The notes below the pieces were generated by a model. It did no database searches. It was not told where the DNA came from and was given only the letters and a program-made list of their open reading frames with translations. The position numbers and the translations under genes were made by a program. Shown here piece after piece: positions 29,357 to 39,150 of a DNA stretch of 64,000 bases. Numbering within the stretch: the stretch's first letter is position 1; every line of letters begins with the position of its first letter. Origin of the DNA: an uncultured delta proteobacterium. Its GTDB lineage: Bacteria > Desulfobacterota > Binatia > UBA9968. The stretch is from assembly GCA_963804165.1 (NCBI GenBank), contig CAWDPO010000004.1, positions 64,001 through 128,000 of the forward strand, given 5' to 3'.

Positions 29357-31777
29357 TCAAGGTACCGAGCTGCGCGCTTCCGGTCTAAATGCCTGCGGCA
29401 AATTGATGATGATGCCGTTGACTCCGTCTTGCTTGAACGTTCGAAGTTGACGTTCCGCTTCGTCACGAAGAGCAAAATTTCCGAGCCGCACTCTCAGCGC
29501 GCCGTCCGCGCCCGCTTCGGTAATCGAAACCGCGAAGCCGCGCCGCTCCATGGCTTCGGCCCAATGCTGAGCTTTTTCTTTGTCGTTAAAGGCCAATTGG
29601 ATGATAAATCCTTCGAGGGCTTTCGGTAGCGGGCGCGTCAAAATCTTTTTCTCCGGCACAACTTCAAGTGGTTTATTCTTCAATGAGGCGAACTGCTCAC
29701 CGGCGGGCTTTTCGGAAAGTTTTTCTTGATTCGCTGCCCCCGCGATGGGCGCCGCCGCTTTTGGCGCAACGACCGGGGACTCTGTTTTCGCGCCGCTGAG
29801 GACTGGGGCAGGTTTTAGCGGCTCCACTGTGGGAGCGGGCTCCGTCGCTTTCGCCACCGGCGTCGGCGGCAGAACGGTCGAGCGAGTTTTCGTGCGAGAA
29901 GCCTTTTCTTCAAGATTTTCTATTGGCGCCATTGCTGGGACGAGGCTCTTTTGTGGAGCAGTCTCGGATTTTGCCGCCGACGCGATGACGGTCGGAATCG
30001 GCTGCTGGGCTTTCGGCTCAGACTTTATCTCCTCGTGGGGGTCTTTTGTCGCCGTGACTACCCGCTTCTCATCCGGCGCCGCCGCAGGTTTGACTGCGAC
30101 GGGCTCGGCAATTCTTTCTTCGCGCGCGGGCGCAAGCGGCTGCGCTTTGAGTTCCACCGGCGGCAAAGCAGCGGGCGCGCTGCGTTTTGCTGGGCTCTCT
30201 GATTGTCGCGGCGTTGATGTTGCCGCCGCCTGCGGCGGCTCGATTGCGGCCGGACGGCTCTCCGCCTTGGATACCGTGGAAACAGGTGCTTGCACCTTTC
30301 CTTCAACCCCGCTTGACTTATCCTGCGCTTTGGCAATCGGCGCGGGCGGTACGGCAGGTTTCTGCGGCTGCACTTCTTGAAGCGGTTTTGCTCTTTCGCG
30401 ATCGTCGGCTGGCTTCGGTGGTATTGCCGATTTCGCCGGCTGGCGCGACTCCTCGCTCGCCTTGATTTCCGGCTCGGTCTTTTTCGTCTCGACCGGCGGA
30501 TTCAGTGCAGTCCGATTCACTTCTTCGAGACGCATTTCTTGTGCTCTGACACTGGGCAGATCCACTGTCGCCTTGGAAGCCGGTGCGACCGCCGCGGCCT
30601 TGATCTCCACGGTAGCCGGCTGCGTTTCAGCCGGTTTTGCTTCGACCATCGGTATTTGAGCTGTCGCCACTGGCGTTGGCGGTGGTTGCGGCGTCGCGAC
30701 CACGGCTTCCGACTTTGTCTCGACGACCGGCACATCGGCCCGGGGCGTTTCGGCACGCGGCTGGAGTGCAACCTTCTTCGTATCGGCATCGCTTCGTCCG
30801 GCTGCCGATTTTTCGATTGAATTCTGCGATAAGTCCGATCCTTGTGCAGTCGCTACGGGATTTTGTTGCGCCATCGGCGCGGTTTTAGCTTCCGCTTTGG
30901 TTTGCGGCGGCGTTGGCTTGGTAACCATGCGCGGCGCCGTTTCTTCGGCCGGTGGAGAATCTTTTTTCGCGGTTTCAGCCTTTTGGACAATATCACCGGC
31001 GGTGTCCTTTATCTGAGCCGGCGGTACCGCAGCTGGGACCGCTTGGGACTGAGCTGGGGCAGAGGCTAAATTGTCCTCGCGAATCGCTGGACGAAAATCC
31101 GGTCGAGGATTTTGCGCCTGATACGAGACTAGGGCGAGCGGGCCATTCTCTTCCTCGCCAAATATTACCGCGTCACCGAGCAAATCATTTTGGTTGATTT
31201 CATCGCGCAGATAACTGCGCACCCTTTCCTTTGGAAAATAAATAATCGCGCGCGCCATAGCAACCCGATTGCCAGCCGGTTCAGCAATCACGTTGCGCCA
31301 GGCGAGATTCAAACCGTAACCGCTGAGTTCGCGGTCTTGGTAAACTTCACTATCGCCGTTGACAATGTTCAACAGGTCACGGCCGTAGCGGGAAAAAAGC
31401 TGATGAACTTTTTCGCTGTATTCGCCCTTGGTCTCAAACGTCTCCGGCGTCGCGAGAACAACTTCCAGATAGCGTTCATCCGGCGTCTTGGTCGCAGAAT
31501 GAGTAAAGAATCCAATACCACCTACCGATGATATGTTGTTAGCGAACCGCAACGTGGCGGTCTTCGGATTGCGAACGATCCGCTCGACCAATCGATCGAG
31601 GTTTTCTCTATACTTCGTGCCGAGATATTTCGCCTTGGTGGTGCTGTAATAGGATGGCGGTGTGGTAATCAAACCCTTTGCGTCCGGCTTCCTTGGGGCG
31701 CTGTCGTCCAATATCGCGCAGCCGCTGATCAACCACGAAAAGACCAGAATCATTAGACAGTTTTGTGTGAACTTCAT
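29357..31777 (-). CDS. Lipoprotein with long Pro/Ala/Lys linker and C-terminal SPOR domain
   Basis: LISGC lipobox; globular N-terminal domain; FIIQLAF...RVRLGNFALRDEAE SPOR pattern. Confidence 0.8.
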   Translation of the reverse strand: MKFTQNCLMILVFSWLISGCAILDDSAPRKPDAKGLITTPPSYYSTTKAKYLGTKYRENLDRLVERIVRNPKTATLRFANNISSVGGIGFFTHSATKTPDERYLEVVLATPETFETKGEYSEKVHQLFSRYGRDLLNIVNGDSEVYQDRELSGYGLNLAWRNVIAEPAGNRVAMARAIIYFPKERVRSYLRDEINQNDLLGDAVIFGEEENGPLALVSYQAQNPRPDFRPAIREDNLASAPAQSQAVPAAVPPAQIKDTAGDIVQKAETAKKDSPPAEETAPRMVTKPTPPQTKAEAKTAPMAQQNPVATAQGSDLSQNSIEKSAAGRSDADTKKVALQPRAETPRADVPVVETKSEAVVATPQPPPTPVATAQIPMVEAKPAETQPATVEIKAAAVAPASKATVDLPSVRAQEMRLEEVNRTALNPPVETKKTEPEIKASEESRQPAKSAIPPKPADDRERAKPLQEVQPQKPAVPPAPIAKAQDKSSGVEGKVQAPVSTVSKAESRPAAIEPPQAAATSTPRQSESPAKRSAPAALPPVELKAQPLAPAREERIAEPVAVKPAAAPDEKRVVTATKDPHEEIKSEPKAQQPIPTVIASAAKSETAPQKSLVPAMAPIENLEEKASRTKTRSTVLPPTPVAKATEPAPTVEPLKPAPVLSGAKTESPVVAPKAAAPIAGAANQEKLSEKPAGEQFASLKNKPLEVVPEKKILTRPLPKALEGFIIQLAFNDKEKAQHWAEAMERRGFAVSITEAGADGALRVRLGNFALRDEAERQLRTFKQDGVNGIIINLPQAFRPEARSSVP

Positions 31778-31936
31778 ACGGCCTCCCCATCAGCGTATCG
31801 GACGGAAGTAAATGCTTCTTCCTTGACACGACTACCCGATAACCTATAATGAAACGGTTTTTTGCGGAATATACCAAGACTATAGATGGTGGCGCATTCA
31901 AACACAACATTTTTTAGTTAGATCAGGGCAATTTTT

Positions 31937-33388
31937 ATGGCGATAGGCGAGCTTCTGTTAGCTAAAGGCATCATTACCGAGGACCAGCTCAAGGCGGTTC
32001 TGCAGCAGCAAAAAATTGCCGGCGGACGTCTCGGCGACAACCTTGTGGCGCTCGGATTCATCGCTCGCGGCGATCTCGAAGCGATTCTTCAAGAGCCGCC
32101 GCCCGTGGCAAAAAGCGTCGAGGACACGGGACTCGACGCCAATTTCCTGTTAAATTGCCTGCTCCGCACGATGTACATTTCGGCGTTGCAAACGATCCCG
32201 GAACTTTCGGAGCAGATCAAGCTCACGCGCTGGGTCGTCGAAGAGCTTTTGAACTTCGCCAAAAAGGAAGCCCTGGTGGAAATTCGCGGCCCTTCGGAAA
32301 AGAACTACAACATCATGCGCTATGCGCTCACCAACGCCGGCAAAGAGCGCGCCAGTGAGGCGCTGCGTCGTTGCGAATATATCGGCCCGGTCCCCATACC
32401 ATTGGAAACTTATCAGACTCAAGTGCAAAAACAGACGATCACCAATGAAGTCATCAGCATTGAAAAACTCAAGAAAGCGCTGTCGCACTTGGTCCTGTCG
32501 GAAGACGTCGTCCGCCGCCTCGGTCCGGCGTCGAACTCGGGACGTGCGATCCTCATTTATGGCTCTGCGGGCAACGGCAAAACATCCATCGCCGAGGCGC
32601 TCGTGAGCGCCTTCGAGCAGCCCGTATACATACCCTACGCAATCGAAGCGGATGGTCAGATTATCAAGATTTACGACCCATCGGTCCACGTCGCGTTTGC
32701 CACGGGCAACGGAGCGAACGGAAGTGACAACCCAATTTTTTTGCCGCATCTCGAACACGATCCCCGATGGGTGCGCTGTAGACGGCCCTACATCATCTCC
32801 GGCGGTGAGTTGACCCTCGAGATGTTGGATTTAGATTTTGACCCCCATTCAAAATACTACGAAGCGCCCTTGCAAATGAAGGCTATTGGCGGCATCTTCG
32901 TCATCGACGACTTCGGCCGTCAGCGGGTACGGCCGCACGAGCTGCTAAACCGGTGGATCTTCCCTCTCGAGCGCAAAATTGACTATCTGACGCTTCATAC
33001 CGGTAAGAAGTTTGCGTTACTGTTCGATCAACTGGTAATATTCGCGACGAACTTTCCGCCTGAGGAGCTCATGGACCCGGCGCAGCTGAGGCGTGTTCAC
33101 TATAAGATGAAGATCAATCCGCCGACGGTGGACGAATTTAAGGAGATTTTCCAGCGTATATGCGCCTCCTACGGACTGGATTTCTCCGAGGAGACCATGA
33201 CCTATTTGCTCAACACGTTTTACATCAAACACAAGATTCCCTTCGCCGGGTTTCACCCAAAGTTCATCGCCGAACATGTCATTGCCGCTTGTAACTATCT
33301 TGGCACTCCGGCGCAGATTTCGCGCCAGCTCCTGGCGGACTCCCTTGAGAATATGGTGATTCTCCCAACGTCTCCGACTCCAGAGTGA
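31937..33388 (+). CDS. AAA-type ATPase with N-terminal MshEN-like domain
   Basis: IGELLLAKGIITEDQLKAVLQQQ...RLGDNLVALGFI; GSAGNGKTS Walker A; FVIDDFGRQ; FATN. Confidence 0.85.
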   Translation: MAIGELLLAKGIITEDQLKAVLQQQKIAGGRLGDNLVALGFIARGDLEAILQEPPPVAKSVEDTGLDANFLLNCLLRTMYISALQTIPELSEQIKLTRWVVEELLNFAKKEALVEIRGPSEKNYNIMRYALTNAGKERASEALRRCEYIGPVPIPLETYQTQVQKQTITNEVISIEKLKKALSHLVLSEDVVRRLGPASNSGRAILIYGSAGNGKTSIAEALVSAFEQPVYIPYAIEADGQIIKIYDPSVHVAFATGNGANGSDNPIFLPHLEHDPRWVRCRRPYIISGGELTLEMLDLDFDPHSKYYEAPLQMKAIGGIFVIDDFGRQRVRPHELLNRWIFPLERKIDYLTLHTGKKFALLFDQLVIFATNFPPEELMDPAQLRRVHYKMKINPPTVDEFKEIFQRICASYGLDFSEETMTYLLNTFYIKHKIPFAGFHPKFIAEHVIAACNYLGTPAQISRQLLADSLENMVILPTSPTPE

Positions 33389-33394
33389 ACGCAA

Positions 33395-34675
33395 ATGGTG
33401 AAACCCCTTGCGCTTATTATTCACTCCACAGAAGCGCCGGTCACGGGAATTTCTAGACTCGTCGAAGCGCGCGACTGTTCAGTCCACTTGAGCCGAACGA
33501 TCGAGGAAGCAGAGCGTGTGCTTACGGCGTTTCCCGACGATCAACAGAAGTTTATCTTCGCCGATCTCGCTGTGTGTCAGGGAAACACCTGGAGCAATTT
33601 TACCGCGCGCCTGAAAGATCGTTGCACCAACCTGGCACTCATCTGCTACGACCCACATCATCTGCAAGGGCTTTACGGTTTATTCGGTCATGTCAACCAA
33701 ACGCCGGCCGACCCTGGTAATCCTCACGCGATCAAAGCGCCGACGATGATCGGCGACACCCCGCAGTTCCATGAAGTGTTAAATCTCGCCAATCGTTACG
33801 CCATGCATGACATTACTATCCTGATCACTGGGGAGACCGGTACCGGAAAAGAAGTAATGGCGCAATACATTCATTCCCATGGACCGCGCGGCGACAAACC
33901 CTTTGTCGGATGCAACATGACCGCGATTCCAGAGACTCTGGTTGAGAGCGAATTGTTCGGTTACGTCAAGGGCGCATTCACCGGAGCGGACCGCAACAAG
34001 AAAGGTTTCATCGAGGCTGCCGAAGGCGGGACTTTGTTTTTGGACGAGATCGGTGATCTGGCGCCGTCGATTCAGCTCAAACTTCTGCGTTTTCTCGAAA
34101 CTCGTCAATATTACAGAGTCGGCGAATCAACACCGAAAACCAGCGACGTTCGAATCGTCGCCGCCACCAATAAGGAACTCGAAGAAGCCATTCAAGGTAA
34201 CGGCTTTCGCAAGGACCTTTATTTTCGGGTCAACAGCGCACGCATAATTCTTCCTGCGCTTCGTGAACGCCGAGAGGACATGATCCTGTTAATTGCAAAT
34301 TTCGTCTATCAAGGCTGCAACCAATTTCAAAAGCCGCTCAAGAAGTTGACGAGTTCCGCCAAGGCGCTGTTTCTCGACTATCCTTGGCCAGGCAACATTA
34401 GGGAGCTTAAGAGCGTGATTGAGAGCGCCGTCATGGTATCCGACGGCGAATATATCACCATCAGCGACCTACCCATGAACTTGCAGCACTACGCCACCGG
34501 CCGGCGAGAGGAAATCGGCACGAAAGCCATTCGCAACATCGAAGAAGGCGAGCGCAGCGTGATCGAGGAGGCCTTGCGCCAAACCAATGGAAACAAAGCC
34601 AAGGCGGCGGAGGCGCTCGGCATTTCGACTCGCACGCTATACCGCAAGCTCGAAAAATTTGCTCTGGTCGGCTAG
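33395..34675 (+). CDS. sigma54-dependent enhancer-binding protein with atypical N-terminal domain and Fis-type HTH
   Basis: GETGTGKE, ESELFGYVKGAFTGA, FLDEIG, WPGNIREL and NKAKAAEALGISTRTLYRKL motifs. Confidence 0.93.
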   Translation: MVKPLALIIHSTEAPVTGISRLVEARDCSVHLSRTIEEAERVLTAFPDDQQKFIFADLAVCQGNTWSNFTARLKDRCTNLALICYDPHHLQGLYGLFGHVNQTPADPGNPHAIKAPTMIGDTPQFHEVLNLANRYAMHDITILITGETGTGKEVMAQYIHSHGPRGDKPFVGCNMTAIPETLVESELFGYVKGAFTGADRNKKGFIEAAEGGTLFLDEIGDLAPSIQLKLLRFLETRQYYRVGESTPKTSDVRIVAATNKELEEAIQGNGFRKDLYFRVNSARIILPALRERREDMILLIANFVYQGCNQFQKPLKKLTSSAKALFLDYPWPGNIRELKSVIESAVMVSDGEYITISDLPMNLQHYATGRREEIGTKAIRNIEEGERSVIEEALRQTNGNKAKAAEALGISTRTLYRKLEKFALVG

Positions 34676-34694
34676 TGATCTCGGCAAGTCGCGC

Positions 34695-35450
34695 ATGGCG
34701 TTTCTCATAACTACCGCGCTTGTCATCCTATCGTCCCTATTGCCGCTTTCGCTTATGTCGGGGCAATCCGGGAGCGCGTCTCAAGCAACACAGCAATCCG
34801 CAGAAATCCAAGTCTACGCCTCCGCCGACGAAACATCCCAACAGGTCGGCCTACTTTTACCCGGCGAGAACGTCACTCCAATAGGCGAAACCCAAGGCGG
34901 CAGCGGCGTCAAATGGTATCTCGTCAAGACCAAAGGTGGGGTCATCGGTTGGATCAAACAAGGCGATAATGATAACGCGAAGAAGATCGACACTTTTTTC
35001 AAGTCTTTGCCGCAAGATGCCGCCGCAACCACAGTCGCGATTCCCAACGTTTCTTCAGCCGTAGCGCCGCGAGGTGCGATCACAATTCCAGTGCTAGCGG
35101 CGGGCCGTTCAACCATTGTCTCGGTTATATTCAACCAAACTGTCACCGGCAATCTGACGTTGGATACCGGCGCGCCTAACACGGTTATTTCGCGTCGGCT
35201 CGCCGGACTGTTGTCGTTACGCACAATTGGAAACGCCGCTGTACAGACGGTGGGTGGGGTAATTCCGGTCGCGATTGCAAGGCTTCGCTCGCTAAGCGTC
35301 GGTTCAGCCGAAGTGACAGATCTGCATGTCGTTGTCCACGATTTCTCCCGTGATCCTCGTGTTGAAGGCTTGCTCGGAATGGACTTTCTTGGCCGCTTCC
35401 GGTTCGGTCTGGACGCCCAACACCAGGTCCTAGTGCTTTGGCCACGATAG
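34695..35450 (+). CDS. Secreted SH3-like plus retropepsin-like aspartyl protease
   Basis: Signal peptide; WYLVKTKGGVIGWI SH3b-like segment; LDTGA and GLLGMDFL motifs. Confidence 0.8.
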   Translation: MAFLITTALVILSSLLPLSLMSGQSGSASQATQQSAEIQVYASADETSQQVGLLLPGENVTPIGETQGGSGVKWYLVKTKGGVIGWIKQGDNDNAKKIDTFFKSLPQDAAATTVAIPNVSSAVAPRGAITIPVLAAGRSTIVSVIFNQTVTGNLTLDTGAPNTVISRRLAGLLSLRTIGNAAVQTVGGVIPVAIARLRSLSVGSAEVTDLHVVVHDFSRDPRVEGLLGMDFLGRFRFGLDAQHQVLVLWPR

Positions 35451-35607
35451 CTAAGCCGAGATTTTCGTAAGAAAACCAAAAACATAGCTGGATTGGGCCA
35501 CGTACAATTTTGTTCGCCCTGAACAGAATTCGTGGCATTATCTAGGATTTTTGCGACAAGCTCTGTTTAGATTGCTGAAAATGCAGCCGTTTCAGAAAGG
35601 GTATTCG

Positions 35608-35623
35608 TGGCAACTGTTTTGCT
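35608..35623 (+). promoter_or_regulatory. sigma54 promoter
   Basis: TGGCAACTGTTTTGCT (GG-N10-GC) about 57 nt before the ATG at 35681. Confidence 0.65.
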
Positions 35624-35680
35624 TAGATGACAAGTGTTCCAGTCTCGAAATCATCGTTCAGCATGTAACTGGATAACTCC

Positions 35681-37129
35681 ATGCTTCCAGCTCAGACACA
35701 AGAATTACAGCCCGAGATGGTACCTGTGCAGCAAACTCCTACCCCGACGGTCTACGGCTTTGGCAAAGTGCTCTCGTCCATCCAGGGCTTGCAGCAACGG
35801 CTTGAGGATTTCTCCGTCGAGGACGTCAGCCGCGCCGAAACTGACGCCAAGAACCTGATTCAGCAGCTTTCCGTGCTGCGATCGAAACTCCAATGCCTAG
35901 CGGAACTACAGGAATTCGTCGTCTCCGCCAATTCGCGAATCAGCGAGATTCCCGCAGAGAATTTCGAGCAAGCCGCTCCGGATGGGTTGGAAAATCATCC
36001 CCAGCTGCATGCAATTGTTCAAGCCAGCAAGCTAATCCGCTTTCACAGAATCATGAAGGCCGCCAAGGCTGGCGCAGAATCAATTTCCTTCGACCCAGAG
36101 GCTGGCGTGCTAAATATCGCGACTTCAGCTGTGCAGGATCGATTAACAGAACCTTTGGCGGAGATATCACTGCCACCCCCTGAACCGGAATTCTCACATC
36201 TATTCGACTCTCCGCCCGAGGCCCGTTCCGAGTTAACCCCCACAGAGACCGGTAGCGCGTCAAGTGAGCCTATATACGCGGTCGAGGACCACGAATGGTT
36301 GTTCTCAACTGAAACTGAATCACAATCGTCCCACGAAGCAGTTACAGACCAGCTTTTCGAACTCGCCCCGGCCGACTTGCAGGCACCCGCGGACCCCGAC
36401 CCAATTGGAAAATCACCGAGCGACAAGCCGGCTGTGAGAAGTGACACCCAAGGCATTGAAACGAAAGTATCACCCGCATCGGCAGCCGATTTTGACCAGC
36501 GGTTCCTAAGCGACCTGATCGAAACATATGGAGAGTTCACGGTAACACCAAATTTACCTGCGACGATCGAAGCGACGCAAGCGGCCAAGTCCGAGACCCA
36601 CGAGTTCCAAATGGTCGACGCGCCAGTACAGCTACGGAGACCCGCAAAGAAACAGTCGCCCAAGCTTCAGGCGCTTTCCACACCGGTCACCGAACAACCG
36701 AAATCGGAGGAACACCAAACTCTCCCTGTGCCGCTTACCTCGCCAAAGCCCGCGGAAAGCAAGGCCCCCGAACTGTTAGCGATCCCTGCACCGAGGACTA
36801 GCGAGTCGGAGCCGATCGAGAAAGAACAAAGGATTCCAACCGTAAGCAAGCATGGCGAGCTCGACCGGCAGTTAAAAAGCATCATCAAAGATTACGGCGA
36901 GTACGACTTGTACTCCCATCGAAGCGCGATCAATTTTAAGACTGCGGCGATCGCGGCATTCGCCGTCTTAGGTTTGGTATTGGGCGGTTTCTACTTTTTC
37001 AAAGTCCCCGCTGTCCCCACACCCGCTGCCGTTAGCACAATCGAGCAGCCGAGCAGCCTACCCGATACAGCCAAAACTAATGCGGGCGCACGGTCCGCAA
37101 ACACTTCAAACAGCAATAAAAGTAAATGA
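35681..37129 (+). CDS. Hypothetical protein: N-terminal coiled coil, acidic disordered region, C-terminal TM helix
   Basis: 482-aa ORF; TAAIAAFAVLGLVLGGFYFF TM segment. Confidence 0.75.
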   Translation: MLPAQTQELQPEMVPVQQTPTPTVYGFGKVLSSIQGLQQRLEDFSVEDVSRAETDAKNLIQQLSVLRSKLQCLAELQEFVVSANSRISEIPAENFEQAAPDGLENHPQLHAIVQASKLIRFHRIMKAAKAGAESISFDPEAGVLNIATSAVQDRLTEPLAEISLPPPEPEFSHLFDSPPEARSELTPTETGSASSEPIYAVEDHEWLFSTETESQSSHEAVTDQLFELAPADLQAPADPDPIGKSPSDKPAVRSDTQGIETKVSPASAADFDQRFLSDLIETYGEFTVTPNLPATIEATQAAKSETHEFQMVDAPVQLRRPAKKQSPKLQALSTPVTEQPKSEEHQTLPVPLTSPKPAESKAPELLAIPAPRTSESEPIEKEQRIPTVSKHGELDRQLKSIIKDYGEYDLYSHRSAINFKTAAIAAFAVLGLVLGGFYFFKVPAVPTPAAVSTIEQPSSLPDTAKTNAGARSANTSNSNKSK

Positions 37130-37153
37130 GATAGGAGAGGGTTGGAAAAGACG

Positions 37154-37480
37154 ATGAAAAACGATCTACAGAATCTGACGGAAGACATTTCGCGGCTCTA
37201 TGAAGACATCACCCAGAAGGCTGAATCGCTCGGACAGATCGACAGCATCACCCGTCTTTATGACGAGCTCCAAGCGCAATTGCAGGGAATTTCTACCGAG
37301 GAAGTCGATCTGCTTCAGAGTCAGATCAAATCGACGCTCGAGCAAATGGTGGGGATAAGCAAGAGTCTCGCGGTGATCAAGACTTTGAAAATGACGCTCA
37401 ACGGCCACGATGAACTGGCCGATCTGACGAAAAAAGCCCAGGGTGGGAAAGACCCAAGGCGCTCGATCGAGGATCGATAA
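37154..37480 (+). CDS. Small coiled-coil protein
   Basis: Heptad-rich; repeated ISRLYED/ITRLYDE. Confidence 0.7.
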   Translation: MKNDLQNLTEDISRLYEDITQKAESLGQIDSITRLYDELQAQLQGISTEEVDLLQSQIKSTLEQMVGISKSLAVIKTLKMTLNGHDELADLTKKAQGGKDPRRSIEDR

Positions 37481-37508
37481 GAACCCAGCGCGGTGACGCA
37501 TCCGAGCC

Positions 37509-38303
37509 ATGCAAGGTAATCTTTCTCAAATTAGTTTGACCGATCTCCTGTCGCTGACGACCAGTGGAAAAAAATCCGGAGTGCTGAAGCTCGTCCGGGG
37601 CAAGGAATCGGTGGAAGTTTTCCTAACCGACGGAAATATTGTCCACGCGACGTGCCCCATCGGCGATGGCGAGAAGGCGGTGCTCTATCCGGTAACCTGG
37701 GGGGAAGGAACTTTTAGCCTGCAACCCAACGGCACCGCACCCGCGACAACGGTCACCAAGAACTCGGCGGAGATTCTCGATGAGGTCAGAGCGATGACGC
37801 GCGAGTGGGAAACCATTCTCCAGGTGATTCCGTCGGGCAAGGCCGTTTTTCGGCTCGCTGATCTGCCGCCCGATCATACGGGACCGATCACTGTGCCAAA
37901 CGTGGGTTGGCGGGTCTTGAGCAAACTCGACGGCGTTCGAACCGTGCAAGAAACTACCGAGCTCTTACGCATTCCCTTCGCCTACGCGGCGAAAGTTATT
38001 TATAGCCTTTACAAAGCGAACCTCGTCGAGGCAGCGGCGCCATTCGTAAAGCCCGTCGTTGAACTCGTGCCTCCTGCGTTATTGAAACGAGTGACCCTCA
38101 TCCTCACGGAAGTCATGGGACCGATGGCGCCACTAGTCTTGCGCGATCAAATCGAAGCCCTCGGCGAATCGCCCGAGAGCTTTCCTGAAGCAAAACTCGA
38201 TGAACTGATTATGCTCATCGGCCGTGAAATCCCCGACGGCAAGCTTAAAACCAAGTTCGAGGAATCGATGTTTCAAGAGACCTCGAACTTTAAACGATTC
38301 TGA
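37509..38303 (+). CDS. DUF4388 (PatA_N-like) domain protein
   Basis: MQGNLSQISLTDLL...KKSGVLKL...GNIVHA...WGEGTFS; C-terminal LTEVMGPMAPLVL domain. Confidence 0.85.
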   Translation: MQGNLSQISLTDLLSLTTSGKKSGVLKLVRGKESVEVFLTDGNIVHATCPIGDGEKAVLYPVTWGEGTFSLQPNGTAPATTVTKNSAEILDEVRAMTREWETILQVIPSGKAVFRLADLPPDHTGPITVPNVGWRVLSKLDGVRTVQETTELLRIPFAYAAKVIYSLYKANLVEAAAPFVKPVVELVPPALLKRVTLILTEVMGPMAPLVLRDQIEALGESPESFPEAKLDELIMLIGREIPDGKLKTKFEESMFQETSNFKRF

Positions 38304-38337
38304 TCTCACCCAAACATCGCTTTGGAGGAAATAATCG

Positions 38338-39111
38338 ATGCCTCAGGAAACTGTGTCCGTGGAAAGCTCTAAACTCGCTAAGCCTATCAGTATCGATTGG
38401 CAGCGCGGGGGTCTGAGATGGAAAATCAGCACAACCTTTGGCGGGCTGATCCTGGTCTTGGGACTGCTTGTCATTGGAATTGTTTACTACTTTACCAGCG
38501 AAGCGCTGCAAAAGCAGGTGGATTTAAGATCGTCCGCAATAGCTACGAATCTTGCCGATGCCTCCGCCGGTCTAGTTTCCCGCAAGAGCGCTCTGGAACT
38601 CGACGCCCTGGTCGCCAAATACGGCCGCCTTGATGGAGTCGCTTACGCCTTCATTCAAGACCCCAAAGGCGAGGTCATCGTAAGCAGTATGCAGCCCTTT
38701 CCCGCCGAGCTGAAGGACGCGGGTGGGACCTCGGCATCATCCCGGGTGACCCGCGTACGCGGTAAATCTGTCTATGAAACTCGCTCCCCGTTGCTCGATG
38801 GACAACTGGGGGTTGTCCGTGTCGGTTTATGGGCAGAAACGATCCAGGACGATGTGCGCTCGACGTTGTTGCCGATTATCGGGCTGATCATCGGTTGCCT
38901 GGTGCTCGGCATCGTCTTGTCCATCATGCTAGCCAGCAAAACGATCCGCCCTATTTTAGATCTAAAGGCTATCGCTGATGACATCAGCCGCGGGCGGCTA
39001 GACACCTCGGTTTCGATTCAATCGAACGACGAGGTCGGCGAATTGGGACGGTCGCTCGAAAGGATGAGAGCGAGTCTGAAGGCGGCAATGGTTCGGCTAA
39101 ATCGCGAATAA
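38338..39111 (+). CDS. Membrane sensor-like protein ending in a HAMP domain, no output domain
   Basis: TM, extracytoplasmic domain, TM, then IRPILDLKAIADDISRG...DEVGELGRSLERM and stop. Confidence 0.85.
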   Translation: MPQETVSVESSKLAKPISIDWQRGGLRWKISTTFGGLILVLGLLVIGIVYYFTSEALQKQVDLRSSAIATNLADASAGLVSRKSALELDALVAKYGRLDGVAYAFIQDPKGEVIVSSMQPFPAELKDAGGTSASSRVTRVRGKSVYETRSPLLDGQLGVVRVGLWAETIQDDVRSTLLPIIGLIIGCLVLGIVLSIMLASKTIRPILDLKAIADDISRGRLDTSVSIQSNDEVGELGRSLERMRASLKAAMVRLNRE

Positions 39112-39150
39112 GAAACTGCGCGCCCTTAGCGCTAAAAAAGGAGAAAGTCG

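Noticed and set aside
29745-31069. Long plus-strand ORFs opposite the SPOR gene
   Set aside because: Shadows of the low-complexity Pro/Ala linker; no DNA-level tandem repeat evident
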